DNA from: Cenococcum geophilum
Lineage: Eukaryota
Direction: 5' to 3'
Assembly (NCBI GenBank): GCA_050273025.1
Contig: CP158635.1
Location: forward strand, 20,398,001-20,462,000
Length of the DNA stretch: 64,000 nt
Shown here: positions 51,326 to 64,000 of the stretch, piece by piece
Numbering within the stretch: position 1 is the stretch's first letter
Layout of the letters: each line of letters begins with the position of its first letter
The notes under the pieces: generated by a model
What the model was told of the DNA's origin: nothing
Database searches by the model: none
What the model saw: the letters and a program-made list of their open reading frames with translations, nothing else
Made by a program: the position numbers and the translations under genes

Positions 51326-52064
51326 AGCCTCTACTTCTCCACAAACATTCAATAAGCTTTAGAAGATCTAGCGTGGAGGGGAATTTTAAGACTTCTGTAG
51401 TTCCCAAGGTAGCTACAGAGGTGGCTACTAGCGTAATTTAGATAGGAAGTTCTCGTGGAGGGTACCGTGAAGAGAGAGTGATGTAGGGGGGGGGGGGAGC
51501 GGTTGGAATGGTATAGTTACGTAGGCAATCCATAAAAGAAAGAACTGCTAGTATCTACGATTCTGTGCCGATCTGCCTACGGAACCGACTCTGTACTGGC
51601 ACCGTACTGCTATATACTATTGACAAACCGATAGCGCCGCTATGCCTGCTATTACGATACTGATCGCGCCGATACGCCTGCGATCTACTGACCGAATGAT
51701 CGTGCCTATACGCCTATAATTAACCAACCGACTGATAGACAAGCTCTATACTTGACTACTATTACTACCGCCGCTGGTACTGTACTACCACCCGAACAGA
51801 CTTTTGCTGCTTCTACCTGTAGCTAAACTAATACCTTACTGCCTTTCTGCAGCACTATATTTATAAAAGAAGAATTGCTAGAAGCTTCTTATGGAACTTA
51901 GTAAGGTAGATAACGGTACTGGGGTATGCTACCTGCGATATTCTACGGACCCTGATTCCAACTAGCTAATTAGGATTTTCCATCCCCGGGATGGAAAATC
52001 GCTATTGGCTTGCTTACAGCTAGCGCCTTGGCGGCCCTGACGGCCCTAACACGATGTCTACCCA

Positions 52065-55000
52065 TGTTAGAAATTGGCGTTGAGGGTGCTGACTAAGCTC
52101 TGTACGCGAACTCTGTATGCAATCTATATAGACATTAACTGCATCTACTGCATCACGAATTAATCAATATTTATTGTCTGCGTCATCTTTATTATTAAAT
52201 AGACCCTTAAGACTGCTCCGCTGTGACCTTATAACCTTGTAATTCCAACAGGTTATGAGCCCGGGTAGCAATACCTCTCCTAACTTGAAAATCGACCCCT
52301 AAAATGACCTCCTCTACCTTAACCTTAATGACACCTACGTACGATTATAAGGCCGGTAAAATCGTCATTTTTAATGGAGACAACTTTGTAGACTGGGAGC
52401 GCACCTGCGAGGCAGCTCTAATTATATTAGAGGGCTAGGATTTTGTTACTGGTGTAGAGGACCTAAATTAAGTTAATTTAACTAATGGAAGAAAAAGATG
52501 AGGGGAGGCAAATAAAATTATTTATAATTTAATAGGAGACGACCGTTAGGAAGAGATGCGTGCGATAATGAAGGTGTACGATATTTAGGGAATGTGGGAA
52601 GGAATAAAGAAGTTTAATAAGGCTAATGATGAGGTCTATATCTCTAGACTTCGCAGGGAGTTCTATAGTACTATATTTGACCCTATGAAGATGCGAATTG
52701 TTAAGTTCCTCCATATACTTAATCGATTTAAGATTAATCTAGCCTTAACGCCTTGAGCACTTACTAACGATGATATTAAAGAGCAGCTTCTCTTGGCCCT
52801 CTTAAGTAATGTTACCTAGTAGAATGTGAAGACCTAGTGCCTACGAGATAAATGAGACCTTGAGAGCTGCATTACCCTTCTTTAGGAGTATGAGACTACT
52901 CTTCCTATATAAGTATAGACCGCAGCACTTGTATATGAGAGGAAAGATAAACCTAGGGGGAGAAGGGGAAACTGAGGTTAAGGTTAAATAAGGGGCAGAG
53001 GCCGTAGTAGATTTAATTATTCCTTATTACGTTATTGCTATAGCTTATTATCTTAAGTAACTAAAGAGCTAAGATGACTAGAAAGAGACGAGTGTAGAGT
53101 ATGTTATTAGAAAGGTTACTACTAGAAAGACTACCCCCTACTTGAGCAATTCTAATTTAATAACGCTAGGAAGATAGATTAAGGTGCTCCTAAGGCAAAG
53201 GAAGTAGGAAATATAGTAATAGCTAAAGACGAATTTGACAGCAATTTAATCTACCTTAACCCTAACCCTAAACGTGCTATGCTTATAACGACGTCTCTAG
53301 CTTAGGCTCTTAACTTAGGTGTAACTAAGCACTTTACTAGTAACCAATTAGACCTAATATATTTGAAGAGATGGAATACGCCTTAATAGGTCCGTACTGC
53401 GAATAGGATTGTTGTCCCTGCTATAGGCTATGGCCAAGCTTAAATTGGTACCCTAAAGCTAAAAGACGTCTGGCTTGTACCTTTGTTTAAGATGATTAAG
53501 CTGATTTTAGTAAGGACCCTTACTTAGGAAGGCTACTTGATTATATTTAACCTAGATGATCAAGCTACTGGTAAGTATAAATCAGGCGCGACATTTAAGG
53601 CTATTATGAAGAACAACCTCTACGTACTATAAGAGCATTAGGAAGCACTTAATGCGACGGCGGAAGCATACAATTTATAACCAAATCTCGATGAAATAGA
53701 TGCTGACCTATGGTATTGCCGAACTGGATATACGAATTACAGTGATCTGTTTAAGCTATAGCACTCCTTACTAGGTATAAGGCTTAGGAAGAGAGTAGTA
53801 CCTGTTGGTAAAAGCACATGCGAAGCTTGTCTAGCTGGCAAGATATAAGAAATACTAAGCAAGAAGACGATTAAGCGTGAGAAGATACCTGGTTGAGGGC
53901 TATACCTAGATACTACGGGACGAATCGGTATATTAATTAGAGGTTATAACTACTACCTCCTAGCCCTAGATAACGCCATATGCTATACCTAGGTTATTCC
54001 TCTTAAAACCCTCTAAACTGAAGAGGTACTGCCGTATATTAAAGAGATTATTGTAAGGGTAGAGAGATTTACTGGCAATAGAGCTGTCTGGATTCGAGCG
54101 GATAATAGAAAGGGGGAGTTTGGCCGTAGACTTTAAGACGAATTAATATCTTAGGGTATTAATTTTAAACCTTGTCCGCCATATAAGCACTTATATAATG
54201 GCGTAATTGAGCGCGTGATCTATACAGTCGACTGTAAGACAAGGTTACTGCTATTTCAAGGAAATGTACTAGTAGAGCTCTGGTGCTACGCAGTCGAGTA
54301 TACTGTCTAGATTAAGAATTGAATACCGACCTTAGCACTTCCATTCGACGACGAGCACAGTGGTGCTATTATACCCTATGAGGTATATACCTGACGAGTA
54401 CCTGACCTTAAGAATCTAGTTGTCTTTGGGTGTTATGCTAACCCAATTAATACGCTTAAGAAATACCCTAGGAAGTACGATTTGAGGATGAAACCTGACT
54501 ACGTTTTTATGGGGTTAAAAGGGAGTAGTCAATTTAAGATAATGAACCTACATACGCAAGTAATTAAGCTCTTTGGAGATGCTAAAGTAAATAAGTATAG
54601 GTTCCCTTATAGAGCACGTCAGGTGTATACTATAAGTTAAGCTACGAGATATGGTAACCGAGTGGGCCGCTTTGATTAAGTGGGAAGCCTAGGTTAAGAT
54701 TAAGCGGGACGCTTAAATCATGCTATAAGCTAAGCTCTAAACTAACCTGTACCTTCCTCTACTACCTTAAACGCGCCGACAGAGACTCTAGTTGTGAGAA
54801 CTATAAGTAGGCTAAATAGTAACCGAGTAGGCCGCTTTGATTGAGTGGGAAGCCTAGGTTAAGACTAAGTGGGCCGCTTTAACTGAGTGGGAAGCCTAGG
54901 TTAAGATTAAGTAGGACGCTTAAATCTATAAGGTGATACTAAGGGTGGGACGCCTGTATGAAGTATATTGATACGTATTCCTTATGCGCAGAGAATAAGG

Positions 55001-57048
55001 TCTGGAAGGTTACCAAATATAAGGGTTTTTAATAATACGGTGGTTTAGTTAGTAATAGCTATAAAAGCTGTCTACCTGGAAGCCGAGAATATTACCTTTA
55101 TAGGAGCACCTATAGTACCGTTTGACGCTATTAAGCTAGATTAGGCCTTAAGGGAGGACGCTCCTGGCTAGATGAAAGCTATCTTTAAAGAATTTCTCTC
55201 TTTTAAGAGAATGTATACCTATACTATTATAAGGGGGAGAGTACTAGAAGGAAGGTCGTTACTTCTGAGTAAGCTAGTACTAAAGTATAAGTATAACGCC
55301 AAGGGAGAAGTAATTCGTAAGAAGGCAAGACTGTGTATTTAGGGAGATAAGCAGACCCCCAACATTGACTATTTTGAGACATTTGCGTCTGTTGTATAAT
55401 ATGACACCTTTAGGTTCTTGATAGTAAAGGTGGTAGCTAAAGACCTTAAACTCGACCATATTGACGTTAAAACTGTATTTTTAAACCCGCCGTTGTAAGA
55501 ATAGATCTATATGTAGATCCCTAACCTACTAAGAGACTTCGAACCTGACCTTAAGGGGGTAAAAGACGTCTACTTAAAGCTAAATAAGTTACTTTACGGC
55601 CTAAAGCAGGCACCGAGAGAATGGTTTCAGATGGTTAAGAAGTTCTTTAAGAGTATAGGTTTAATATTAGCTAACGCTAACCCTAATCTCTTTATAGGAA
55701 ATAAAGTGTATATCTTGTTATTTGTTGATAATATGCTAATTATAGGAAAGCGCAGATACCTTAATATTATGAAGATAAGAATTTTAAGAAAATGGAGATG
55801 TAAAGACCTAGGTCCTGTAGAAGTATTTATAGGCTTTTAAATCTATTAAGACCGTATAAACCGAACCCTTAAGCTATATTAGACGATGTATATTAAGAAG
55901 CTACTTAAATGGCTAAAAATGGATAACTATAATCCGGCTAAGCTACTGATACCAATAGGTACTGTTCTGAAGCCCGATATCAAAAGCCTCCTTGAGTACG
56001 ATGATGCGATAGTTTACCGATAGATTATTGGCTCTACGATCTACCTCTTAAACTGTATATGTCCTGATACTAGCTACGCTGTTGGTCAGTTAGCTAGATT
56101 TATGGTAGCACTAGGAGAATCGCATTACCGTTTGAGTAAGCAGCTACTATGATATCTAAACGGCACTCTCGAAACTAGAATTACCTTCTTAAATCGAAAA
56201 ATTTACCTTCCTCTATATAAGCTTACGTTGACTGACTTACCTATTGGCTATAGTATCTTTACTGACGCTATGTGGGGAACAGAACACGATCGGATATTAT
56301 TCTAAGGTATAGTAGTTGTATGCTATGGGGGAGTAGTAATCTGGATGGCTTAAAGGCAGAAGTTAATGGTATTAAGTTTAATAGAAGTAGAGGTTATAGC
56401 GGCGTTAGAGGGAGTAAGGTTAGTAGTATGGCTTAAGAAGCTAACGAGAGATCTAGGAGAGAGAGACGATGATGATAACCCTTTTATCCCTACGCTCTAC
56501 TGTAACAACAAGGGTACAGTTAACCTTTTATATGATATAAAATACTACTAGAAAGCTAAGCATATTAAGACTTAATACCTCTTTATACGAAACGACATAG
56601 TTTAGTAAGGTTGATTTAAAGTAGTATATATACCAGGTAAAGATTAGCCGGGAGATATGCTTATAAAACAGCTACTAATTAACTAATTTACGAAGCACTG
56701 TATGACGCTAGGAATCGGTAACTGACAGTAAGTGATAGAGGTTTTTCGCCTACTAGGTTTTCCCTCTGTACGTAGGCCGAATGGCGCTTGCAAGGTATTT
56801 GGGAATAGCTTTATAATTGCCTATTTGGGACAGACGAGGAGAGCGTCGTTAGCATGGGGGAGTGTCAGAAATTGGCGTTGAGGGTGCTGACTAAGCTCTG
56901 TACGCGAACTCTGCATGCAATCTATATAGACATCAACTGCATCTACTGCATCACGAATCAATTAATATTCATCGTCTGCGTCATCTCTATTATTAAATAG
57001 ACCCTCAAGACTGCTCCGCTGTGACCTTATGACCTTGTAATTCCAACA
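52065..57048 (+). mobile_element. Ty1/Copia LTR retrotransposon, full length, moderately RIP-mutated
   Basis: 186-bp LTRs 52065-52250 and 56863-57048, TSD ACCCA (52060-52064, 57049-57053), GGTTATGAGCCC after the 5' LTR. gag with CCHC (~53095), protease ~53305, integrase ~53700-54600, RT (LYGLKQAPREWF ~55592, LLFVDxML ~55714), RNase H (FTDAxWG ~56258). Confidence 0.95.
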
Positions 57049-59227
57049 ACCCATGACTCCTCAGCAAGAAAGCACCACGTGCTAAGAGGCAAATTTTGGG
57101 ACAGCGAGACTTATATTGCAATGGCAATAGTAAGTAAGGAGGATCCATATTTGTTACGATAGTCAAGCAGTATTTGTATATAGAGGGCAACCACAAAAGA
57201 AGAGTTGCCAGTGTCGGGAATGAGGCAAGTTGCCATCACGTGTCGCCGCGGCACTAGCGTGGCGAGGAGCCTTAAGCTCCTCGCCCTTCCTCATTCCAAT
57301 CAAAAAGCTTTATCAACCAACATCACTGTAACCTACTCGAGTAGTCGTTATTGGTGAGTCACCCTGTGTGACCAACAATCCGTCCGTCTATAAATAATAT
57401 ATAGTAAAAGTTACTACTCTAACTCCTTATTCCGCTAAAAATACCTCTTAAAATGCTACTATAAATCTTAGATCTCTATCCAATATAACCTTGCTTAGTG
57501 CTCTATGTTTTATAAATACTTCTTTAATATAGATTTTAACGACATCTTTTGCTAAGATTTCTTCTATACATGCTATAAAGTAGCCCTATTTAGTTAACTT
57601 ATTTACTATTACTAAAATTATATTATACTTTTATCCAGTAATAGGATTTCTTAACTTTAGTAACTTAATAATAAAGTCCTATAATATAACCTCCCATAGT
57701 TTCTTTAGTATTTTAATAGGTTATAGCCCTCCGTATAGCTTATACCTTATTAATTTTTTTTTTAATAATCTAAATACTTTTTTATTACTTTTCTAACTAT
57801 GCCTTAAATTCCGTTAATAATATATTCTTTTTATAGTCTTAATACTAAGCCTATTACTCCATTATGTTCTTAAGTTATTCCCTTATAGAAATCTTCTATA
57901 AAATGCTCTGCTATGCTCTTTAGGATATACTTTACTTTTTAGTTTTTATATATATCTATCTATAGATCTTTTAGCTATACTTTTAAAATTCTTTATACCT
58001 AAAAGCTCTCTAGTGTCTCGTAGACTCTTTTTAGTTTATTATCTTCTTAAGTTGCTACTAGCTTAGGGTAGTTATATCTAATTAATCTATCCTTATCTCT
58101 ACATAGTATCACTCCTAATAGTTTCTTATTATTTTATAATTTAGCCCTTTTACTTAGCGTATCTGCCCTTATATTTTTAGTGCCCTTAGTATACTAAATT
58201 TTAAAATAGTATTCTATAAGTATCTCTACCTATCTAACCTATCTTTAATTAAGTTCTTTTGTTATTAGGAACCCCGTTAGGTTTTTATAATCTATTTTAA
58301 CTATAAACAGTTTTTCTGCGCCTTATAAGAATGCTTTTTATTTCTTAAGTACTACAACTATACCTAACAACTCTTTATTATAGACGTTATAGTTTAATTC
58401 TAATAGTATTATTTTTTTAACTATAGTACGCCACTAGGTACTAATGCGTTCCCATACTTCTATAATAAATATACTCCTAGTATAAAGTCTAATACGTTCG
58501 TTTCTATAACCGTATCTAGTCCTAGTTAATAGATTTTAAGAATTAGTTCTTAGGTAAACAGTTCTTTAAGTTCCTTAAATAGCTCTTTTTATTTATCTCC
58601 CTATACCTATAGTTCCTCTTTCTTTATAAGCCTAGTAAATGGTTTAATACTCTTTAACTATTATACTATAAACCTTCTATAGTAGTTGCAAACCCCTAAG
58701 AATAACCTTAACTGCGTTATATTCTCTAGTTTCTGCCAACTTACTATAGCTTTAATTTTCTTTAGGTCTATACTAATATAACCTATTTTAATAATAAATC
58801 TAATAAAATCGGTCTTCCTTATAAAGAACTTATATTTCTTAATTGCTACTAGCATCTATTCTTCTTATAGTCTCTTTAAGACCCATTTAACGTGTTCTCT
58901 ATGCTCTTCCTTAGTTATTAAGTAGATAATAATATTGTTAAGGTATGCCATAACAATCTTATTAAGATATTCTCCTAATATACTATTTATTCTCTTCTAA
59001 AACATTACTAATATATTTATTAATCTAAATTGTATAACTAATAGCTTATATAGTCCTTCTCTTAACCTAAAGGCTGCTTTTTATTTATCGCCTTCCTTAA
59101 TTCTAATTTAATGGTACGCCTATCTTAGATCTATCTTTATAAAGATTTACGCATTACCTATTTAATCCTAAATTTTACTAATTAAGGGTAAAGGATACCT
59201 ATCTTTCCGAGTAATACTATTTAACTA

Positions 59228-62020
59228 TATCGGTATCACCCGGGGGGTACTGCAATTGCAATATAAGGTAACTGTTTCTTGGTTTATTCGTGTCTTTCTT
59301 TTCATCTACTAAAAGAGAAAGAAAGGGGTAGTAAAGGTCGGGCTATCTATCGGGCCGTAGGCAGTTAGGTGACCTACGCTACGCATATAGCCCCTGCCGC
59401 ATACACTCTGCGCGTAATACAATTTACAACCTCTACTTATACAAACTCTGGCAACATTTACAAAAAGGAAAGAAGGTAGGAAAGTATAAAGGAAAAGTAT
59501 ATAGGTCAATAGGTGCTTAGGGTAGTAATCGCGGATATTTTAGGTATTGCGAATATTACGGATATTGCAGACGTTGCGGATATCGTTATAGATATTACGG
59601 ATATCGCTACGGATATTGCGGTGGAAACAGGTAGGCGCGTATAAGGTGTTACCGAGGTGTCCATAGGGGAAAGTAGGTAGAAGGGCTAAGTCCTATCCGT
59701 CGTCGTCGAAATGACAGTCAAGGAAGTCGATATCAACAGTGAGGTTCTCTATATTAATGTCGTCATTGTTATTATTATAGAAGTAGGTAGTGCTCTTGCC
59801 CTTATTATTACTCCTTGCTGTACTAGGTTCCGTACTACCAGGTTCTATACTACTAGTAAGGCCGTAGATAAAGGCATTGTTGTTTATAGACGTGACTATA
59901 TTCTTAGCAGTTTCAATTAGTATTAGCCTATTTAAAGTCATAAAGTGCTTAACACCATAGTCGTTATAGAAGAAATTACCGCTGGTAGTAGTTAGAGTTG
60001 ATATATTAAGTGTAATAGCCGTTATATCCTTATCGAAATTGTTATTAATATCGTTATCTATAAGGTACTAGTGGATATATCTCTTAAATCCTTCTCTTAC
60101 TTCGTTACGTTTTTCTTTAGTATACCTAGTTAACTAATAGTCTCCTTTCTTACACATAAAGCACGTCCTGGCGTTATTACTGTAATAATTATTTAATGAA
60201 CTTAGTTAAGACGTCAGTCGGTAGTAGCAACGGTTAGTAAAGAATACGTCTATAGGCTATTCTATAGGCTGTAAGAACACATTAGTAGGTTATCCTATAG
60301 TACCATTAATCTTCTTATAAGTAACAATTAACGATTATAGGCTGTTTATAAGGCCAGTAAGTGTAGTAGGTGGGTTTGAGTAAGCTGCTTAGTAAGTAGT
60401 AATATCTTAATAAGCGACAATAAGCTTATTATATAGGAAATCGTTATTATAGAGGTTAGCGTTAAGACCATGCTGTAAATGACGGATGTCGTTAAGCAGT
60501 AGCTGTAGGCAGTCCCCTATAAACTTGCCTTCATTTTTTATTATTACCGTCTTAAGGGTTATAGCATTCCACTTTATTAGAACTCCGCGCTTATATTCTA
60601 GTCCTTTAAAGTAGTTACGTATAGCATTATAGATGCTATTAAAAGTGACATAGGTTGCCTTATTCTTATAGTAGAAATTAAGAGTAATACTATATAGCAT
60701 TATTAAAAAGGCTTTAATCTTTACTACTTATAGTATATCAACTCTATTATAAAGGTTGTTAAAAATCATAAGCTTACGGTTGAAGTTGTTATCCTCTCTA
60801 CTATATTTGCTTTCCTCCGTATATATCTTTACTAGGGTTGCTAAGTCTCTACTATAGTTAACGGCGGTTGTGACTTTTATAGGAGGAGCTATAACGTTCG
60901 TAGGGGGAGCTGTAACGTTTGTAGAGGGAGCCGTGACGTTTATAGAGGGAGCTATAACGTTCGTAGAGGGAGCCGTAACGTTTATAGAGGGAGCCGTAAC
61001 ATTTATAGGCGAGGGGGGCTCGGCCGTAGGGGGAGGGTTATTTAAGACAGCTGGGGTTGGGGTAGTAGATGACGTTAAGGGAGTTAATAAACGTAATTTA
61101 AGACGATGGTTAATAATATACGAATTAAAGGGTCCTTTATTGCTAATAAATAGCTTAATTTCTGCATCTAACTATTTTATAGGGTCGTCCTTATAAGCGA
61201 CGTCGTACAGTGCTTATGGTACTAATTTACTCTTCTTATTAAAGACCCATACTCCATTACGTCGGAGTAGTTATTTAAGTTCCTTAATTGCGGACCTGTA
61301 AGCGTCCTTAAATATCTATACCTCAAAATTATTAAAGTCCTCTTAGTATAATTCCCATAAGCTTTTGTCCTTAAAGTTACGCTAGTATACTTATTAATTT
61401 TAAAGTTAATATAGTTAGTAATATCTTTTGCGGTAGTCTTATTGGTTAGGGTAATCCCGTTACCCTAGTCTAGATATTGAATTCCCGTGTCGGATATAAT
61501 TAACTAGCGTAGATTGTGGTGTAGGTAGGGGTGCTGCTGACGCTGCTAGGTTATAAGATGCTGCCGAAGCTGCTAGAGGTACTAGCGCTTAGTAAAGAGG
61601 TCGTACTAGGTATTAATTTGCGTAATAGACGCGAACCGGACAAAGCCTTAGTAGGAGCTAGTTCTTTAAGTTCCCAGGGCCTTAGTAGGAAGGGTTCTCC
61701 TTAGCAAACGCGACAAGATTAACGGGCCTTAGTAGGAGCGATCGCGTGTTATCTCTCTTTGTAATAACACCGGATTCTAATCTGTGATATTACTAATTAG
61801 TATTAGTATCACCCGGGGGGTATTGCAATTGCAATATAAGGTAACTGTTTCTTAGTTTATTTGTGTCTTTCTTTTCGTCTACTAAAAGAGAAAGAAAGGG
61901 GTAGTAAAGGTCGGGCTATCTATCGGGCCGTAGGCAGTTAGGTGACCTACGCTACGCATACAGCCCCTACCGCATACGCTCTGCGCGTAATACAATTTAT
62001 AACCTCTACTTATACAGACA
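59228..62020 (-). mobile_element. Non-autonomous gag-only GalEa-like Copia element (2.8 kb)
   Basis: 220-bp LTRs 59228-59447 and 61801-62020, TSD AACTA (59223-59227, 62021-62025). Minus strand has CTAATTAGT after the 5' LTR and GTTGCCAG before the 3' LTR. gag ~61500-59700 (EEAKYSGEDNNF-like, KWNAITL, Zn knuckle ~60165); no pol. Confidence 0.88.
60868..61008 (-). repeat. 21-bp coding tandem repeat (APSxNVT on the minus strand) in gag
   Basis: ~6-7 copies of GAGGGAGC(C/T)(G/A)TAACGTT(T/C)(A/G)TA. Confidence 0.85.
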
Positions 62021-64000
62021 AACTATTTATAGTTAATGCATAGCCTAAGTTTTCCATTCTTCTTTAGTACGAATAATACTAAATATCCTACTAATAACTG
62101 CGATAGTTTAATATATCCCTTTTACAAGTTCTCTTAAACAAACTCTTTAAGTGCTCTTAACTCATCTTAAGTAAGCTTATAGGTTAGAAAGAACCTTAGA
62201 CTTATTCCTAGTTCTACTTTATTTTATAGTTTTATACTATATAATCTACCAGCTTCTTACTTTTTAGGCTTAATAGTTTTTTGCTATACTTATAGTATCT
62301 CTTTAGTATATAACTTAAGCCTTACTTAGTCTCTTTATATATTGCTCCGACTTAGTACTATACTAACTTAGTTTACTATTGTATTTTATATTATTAAATA
62401 TCTCTAATATTAACTTAACCTATAATCCAATTAATCTTTAGATTATATTTTTATAACTAAGGTATTCTTAGTACTGCCTTATCCCGTCCTAATAGTAGGA
62501 TATTAAAAGATATCTTAATTTATCTTTCTTTAATAGTTATCTAAATAGGTCCTATTTTAAGGTTAATAATCCCTCCTTTATAAGCTATTAGATCTTCTAA
62601 AATTATAACTAATAGGTAAGGTTACTCCTTCTGTCTATAAGGTAATCCTATTTTTTTAACTACTACTAGTAAGATATAGTTCTATATTGCTCTACTATCT
62701 ATTAGTACTTTAAACTACTAATTCTGCTAAATAACTCGTAAATTTAGGTATTATCCTTAAATTCCTTTAAGGGTCTAAGGCTCTACTACTAGCTCCTTTT
62801 AATCCTATAGGCCTCTACTTTTCCTAACTATTAGCTACTTAATCTTATTATACTTAGCTTATTCTTTAGCTAATACCTAGTTTACTTTTTATTCTTAATA
62901 TACTATAGATATATATTTTCTAGGTATTCCTACTACTATTATTTATCTAAGTATTTTTCTATAAGGAATCTTCCTAGTTAAAGTATTAAGTCTTCTAGCT
63001 CCTAAACTTCTGTTAGATGCTATCTATATATATACTTAGTATTTCTATACTATTGCTTATCTAGTACCTAATATATTCTTATAGGGTATTTCCAATTTTT
63101 CTCTTTTAGATTCTTATGCATTTCGCATATATTATCTACGTATATAATTTATAATAGCGTATAGTATACTAAGTACTTCGGGTTAACTCTTAACTTATCT
63201 TTATCTTTAAGTTTAAATATTTATCGCGTTAATCTAAACGTTATAACTTTATTCGCGGGTACTAAGATATATCTCTTACTTCTCTAGTCCTCTAATGATT
63301 CCTTTAGATCCTTTAACGTTATAATTAAGGCTCCTTTAATATAACTTATTACCTTTTCTATAATAGGGTGGTCTTAGATAACTTTCTCGTCTAACTATAT
63401 ATAGAAATCTTCCCACTTATCGTTATGTCGCTACCTATACCACTTTTAGTATAGCTACTAGAGTATATACGGCTTGTCTATAAGGAAATATCTTCTTATT
63501 ACTATATTATAACAGCCCTTTATATACCGTTCCTTAAACCTAGTAGAAATCCCTAGATCCTCTTTATTTTCTAGTTTAATAAGCTACTTAGCTCTTAACG
63601 TGCCTGCCCTAGGCCTATTAGTAATTCTTTATATAGGTGCTTTATTCCTTATACGACTTAGTATACTAGTTCTTTAATCTAGTTTCTATTCTTACTATAT
63701 AAGGATTCTCTGTCTAAATTCCTCTATATTTTCTTTTAGTTTTTACCTTATAAGTAAATCCTTAAAGTCTTCTTACTTCTTAATCTTAGTTTATTTAATA
63801 GTCCTTATTTATATCTAGAATTCTTAGTCCTATAGAATTCTTAGTCCTAAGCTTGCTTCTTTCTTAAGCTTTACTCTAGCCTTAGTTTAACTAGGCTTCT
63901 ATAGTATTCTTATATTATCTTAAGAGTTTTATACCTTTAAGAAACTTCGTCCTAAGCTTATTTATATATTACTAAACTAAGCCATTACTCTGCTCTATTA

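Larger units (their letters stand above)
49781..57377 (+). mobile_element. Non-autonomous gag-only GalEa-like Copia element (~2.6 kb without the nested Copia)
   Basis: LTRs 49781-49980 and 57212-57377, TSD ATCCG (49776-49780, 57378-57382). CTGATCAGT follows the 5' LTR and GTTGCCAG precedes the 3' LTR. gag-like frame from ~50388 with QAPS-x and QQSP repeats; no pol of its own. Confidence 0.85.
47888..64000 (-). mobile_element. Ty3/Gypsy chromovirus related to 13353-21319, minus strand, in three pieces (47888-49780, 57383-59227, 62026-64000+); continues beyond the window
   Basis: 3' LTR 47888-48307 followed by PPT complement. pol and ORF1 segments are colinear with the reverse complement of ~15400-20900, and the pieces rejoin at TSDs ATCCG and AACTA. 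Confidence 0.92.

Noticed and set aside
35848..60700. ORFs 35848-36060, 55631-55840, 56366-56551, 58661-58855 and 60407-60700 as independent genes
   Set aside because: They are stop-free fragments of RIP-broken gag/pol frames already annotated.
50693..61196. Cys/Gly-rich or repetitive ORFs (50693-50935, 51062-51352, 51171-51407, 60870-61196) as metallothionein- or effector-like genes
   Set aside because: They are antisense readings of tandem repeats inside gag-like frames.

Overview
This is an AT-rich block of a filamentous-ascomycete-type genome, made almost entirely of nested transposable elements degraded by C>T/G>A transitions consistent with repeat-induced point mutation (RIP). I found no intact host gene. 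LTR pairs and target-site duplications (TSDs) resolve these elements: four chromodomain Gypsy LTR elements, two Copia elements, two gag-only GalEa-like LTR elements, one Tad1-like LINE, one non-autonomous LINE-tailed element, two Fot1/pogo transposons, an intron-rich Mutator-like transposase gene and piggyBac-like miniature elements. The most notable signal is an intact-looking HDV-like self-cleaving ribozyme (46135-46219, minus strand). Its predicted cleavage site coincides with the 5' junction of the 2.6-kb RT-less LINE-tailed element. Other points of interest are an antisense, spliced Zn2Cys6-like gene in one Gypsy family, palindromic cassettes shared between unrelated retroelements, and an in-frame 53-copy minisatellite in a DDE domain. 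Protein motifs quoted are manual translations, partly with RIP changes reverted by eye. No database search or folding program was run.
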